NCBI GenBank assembly: GCA_002269645.1
Contig: NIVC01000201.1
Location: 496,001-560,000 of the forward strand
Length of the DNA stretch: 64,000 bases
DNA from: Macrostomum lignano
Taxonomy: Eukaryota
Direction of reading: 5' to 3'
The notes under the pieces: generated by a model
Databases searched by the model: none
Seen by the model: the letters and a program-made list of their open reading frames with translations, nothing else
Told to the model about the DNA's origin: nothing
Program-made: the position numbers and the translations under genes
Shown: positions 61,235 through 64,000 of the stretch, piece after piece
Layout: every line of letters starts with the position of its first letter
How positions within the stretch are numbered: the first letter of the stretch is position 1

Positions 61235-62721
61235 CAAGGTCTCGCAAACTCCGTGGTGCTCTCTGTACCGCGCCCCTCGGAATTCGGATCGAGGCAGTCA
61301 GAGCGTCAACGAGTTGAACGGATCCTCGTAGATCCGGGTTGACTGAATTTTGGCAAAAGTGTTTAGTCTGATAGCAAGTAAAAAATTAAACCTTTTTTCC
61401 GACTAAATGGCAACATTCAGCCACGAACCTGCACTCGAGTCCGGCTTGGGTGAGCCAAACAGCTGCGTGAGCGTCCACTTGACGGGGCCCTCGCACAACT
61501 GATGCAAATAGCACGGTGGGGTTGCTGTAAAAGTGTGGGGCCTTTTACTGTGAGCTTAGCAGTCCAACTTAAGCTTAACAATCTCAGCTAGGAACTTATT
61601 CGTTACCCCAAATGTAGTCGAACCCAGATAATTCACTCAGAGGGGACAACGCCTTAACGCCGAGGTTACCATCTCGCAACTCGACGCCGACGCGCGCAAG
61701 GTGTACAGTATCACGCAGACACCGCACCTGAGGCTGCTGACAGCCACGCTCTGTAGCTAGGGCGACATCAGCTGCTGCCACGTCCGGTGGATAGAAGCGC
61801 GCCTGTCCTTCACCAACGGGAGCAGTACGGATGTAACATTTGTCACACCCGTGGACAGCGTTAAAGCGCTTAACGCCGATTGTCTCAGCCCGCTGTGGCG
61901 CGTCCATCATGAACATCAGTGGATGAAAACGGATGACACCGGCCTGAGTCGCATCAGGGCCGCATCCTCTTCTGCATGCAACTCCATCCAGACTCAGCTT
62001 ATTAAGCTGCTGTACTACCATTGGGAGATAAGCTGTAGAATTAAGCTTCTGTCTGCCGCACCAGTAGCCGCAGGTCACCACGCTGTTGGCTTTCAGGCGG
62101 TCCGGTATCTCCACCACGGACAGGTACACAGGACAGATTTCCATGACGGAATGGCGGAATGCCTGTTGCAAATAAAATGAAGCTTCGAATTGTCCGACTG
62201 TAATTAATTTGTCGCATCGTTTAACCATCCAGAACATGGGACAAAACTGCAACAAAGATGGCCCCCTTACTCGTACTTACCGGAAATCCGTCAATGCAAA
62301 CAACGTAACTCAGGTCCTGTCGGGAGTCCAGAGAAATGGAACTCTTAAATTTGCAGTACCCTTCAGAAGAGCCGAGTCCAAGAAAACCAGGCTCGCACTT
62401 CTGGTCTGCGGGGAATACGACTTTCTGAAGCAATCCTTCCGCTTCTATCTGCAACTGAAGCTGCTTACGGACGTCCATCTGCCAGTACGTGCAGATTTTG
62501 TCCGGCGTCAGTGCAGCTGTGCAGTTTTCACAGACAGTGTCAGCTGTATCCACTCGAGCGAGGCACTTCAGGCAGAAATTGATACATTTGGGTTTCCGTC
62601 GACGCACCCCTAAGGCCTGGCGCAACAGATGCTTCGACGTAGGGATGCACCCACCAGCAGGCAGAGTCTCGTCAATCAGAGCCAGGACAGCACGGACGAC
62701 GCTACCATTTAAACCGTACCT

Positions 62722-62763
62722 GGTAGATGGATAGATAGATAGATAGATAGACAGATAGATAGA
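62722..62763. repeat. (GATA)n microsatellite between two 37-bp direct repeats
   Basis: Direct reading. Confidence 0.9.
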
Positions 62764-64000
62764 CAGCACGGATGACACTACCATTTAAACCGCACCTGGT
62801 CACAATTTTCTGCATTGCAACAGCAAAGCTCCCGTACGTATGTCCACTTCCTGGGCACACGGGATCATGCAGTCTCGGATGAGCTTCGTCATCGGAACTG
62901 CTGCTGCTGCTGCTGCTGTTGTTGTTGTTGATGCCGGCCCCGCTGGGTCACCTGGTCAATGGGCCTGCGGGAACGGTCTGACTGCAACATGGCACAGCCA
63001 GCCGTCAATGCCCCGCTCACCATAGGACAGGGGCCTTGCACCACCGCGTCGCCGCGTGAGTGTGCAGAGGGCATGTCGGTGAGCCTGCCACCAGGTCCAC
63101 CAGGGTCAACCCCAGCAGAGGGGCCGGAATTCCAGCTTTCGTGTCCGTGGCCAACGGACCTTCCACCCCACGCCTGACAGTCCAGCACTGGCGGCCAGCC
63201 CCGATGGGGTCTAGCCAGTGTCTGGAGCTGCTCGGAGGCCTGCTGGATGTGAGGCTGCTGCTGCTGCTGTTATTATGGAGGTTTCCGTCGGACAAGGGTG
63301 CAGCCTCCTCGATATTTACGTCATCCTTGACGTCACCCCGATGGTCTCCGTCTCCATCATCATCCGACCATCCTGCCTCCTCTAACAGCACATCGGGGGA
63401 ATCCGTCTGCTCAACCTCCATGTGGACAGTCGGTTCAGCAGCACCGTGGTCTCCAACGGGGACAGCAGCCGCCCCATTATGGGCGTCCTGTCGCTGTTGA
63501 GCGAGACGCTCACGACGCCTTCGTTGTCTAAGTGCGTCACCACGACGCAACCGTCCTGTTGGGTCGGCATCAGCAGCTTCGCGCTCCCTGCGCCGATAGA
63601 CCTTTCGCTGGGCCGCCCTGTCAGCCATAATAGCGCTGCAGACATTTTCGGACAAGTATTTTGTGATGAGGTGCGTGTTAAATAAATAGGCTACTACTCT
63701 AATCTGCCAGTGTTCGTACAACAAATACTAGCTACATTGACAGAAGGGTACGAAAATAATTGAGACGACGATACACGAGAATTCAAAAATCCAAATGCAG
63801 TCCAAAAACGTGCGTACACAGCTATCTGTATATACTTGCAATCTGACACTGGGAACCGAGAACCACTAGTACTTTGCGATCTTATACTGGGAACTAAGAA
63901 CCACTAGAACGTAGTTGAATCAGGATGTGGCACTCGTAATTGTTGCACATTTTTGAAGGCTAGCTTGTTTACGTGTGTACTCATACGATGTTGAAGCTTT

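Larger units (their letters stand above)
58605..63628 (-). mobile_element. EnSpm/CACTA-type transposase gene, multi-exon, interrupted by a LINE
   Basis: Spliced motifs: RYGLNGSVVRAVLALIDETLP, FCLKC..CENC, CIDGFP|AFRHSVMEICPVYLSVVEIP, MMDAPQRA..KRFNAVHGCDKC, CYLHQLCEG, RAPRSLRDL/GHLRGHELEAWLLLYG, YNVH, GPVHRLSTGLFESQHG. Canonical introns at 62280-62163, after DYIW and after DSSA. Element termini not identified. Confidence 0.85.

Noticed and set aside
63846-63910. Repeated ACTGGGAAC...AGAACCACTAG as the EnSpm right TIR
   Set aside because: No matching inverted copy found near 55850-55940, so termini cannot be assigned.

Overview
Eukaryotic, repeat-rich genomic window with GT-AG introns, GC-rich exons, satellite-filled introns and one N gap. 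The style resembles the flatworm Macrostomum lignano, but this is inference only. Host genes: the 5' part of a spectraplakin (MACF1/dystonin/Shot-like) on the minus strand, covering the CH1-CH2 actin-binding domain in six exons plus a probable alternative CH1-less first exon; three tandem histidine-phosphatase (PGAM-like) genes; a 4-exon PMP22/claudin-family gene; a FAM210/DUF1279 gene; and a secreted fibrinogen-domain gene. Mobile elements: an internally deleted BEL/Pao LTR element with matched LTRs, tRNA-iMet PBS and 5-bp TSD; a full-length but dead Chapaev transposon with CACGG TIRs and 4-bp TSD; a multi-intron EnSpm/CACTA-type transposase with a B-box/BEN-domain partner gene, interrupted by an RNase H-bearing LINE; RTE-like LINE remnants; mariner remnants; hAT-like MITEs; a tRNA-derived SINE; and a ~480-bp palindrome. 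There are many tandem arrays and two local segmental duplications. The most notable observations are a candidate intron born by tandem duplication of a CAG|GT site, recurrent TA->TAGGCCTA micro-insertions visible between paralogous copies, and isoform-generating exons in the spectraplakin. All calls are by eye; no database searches were run.
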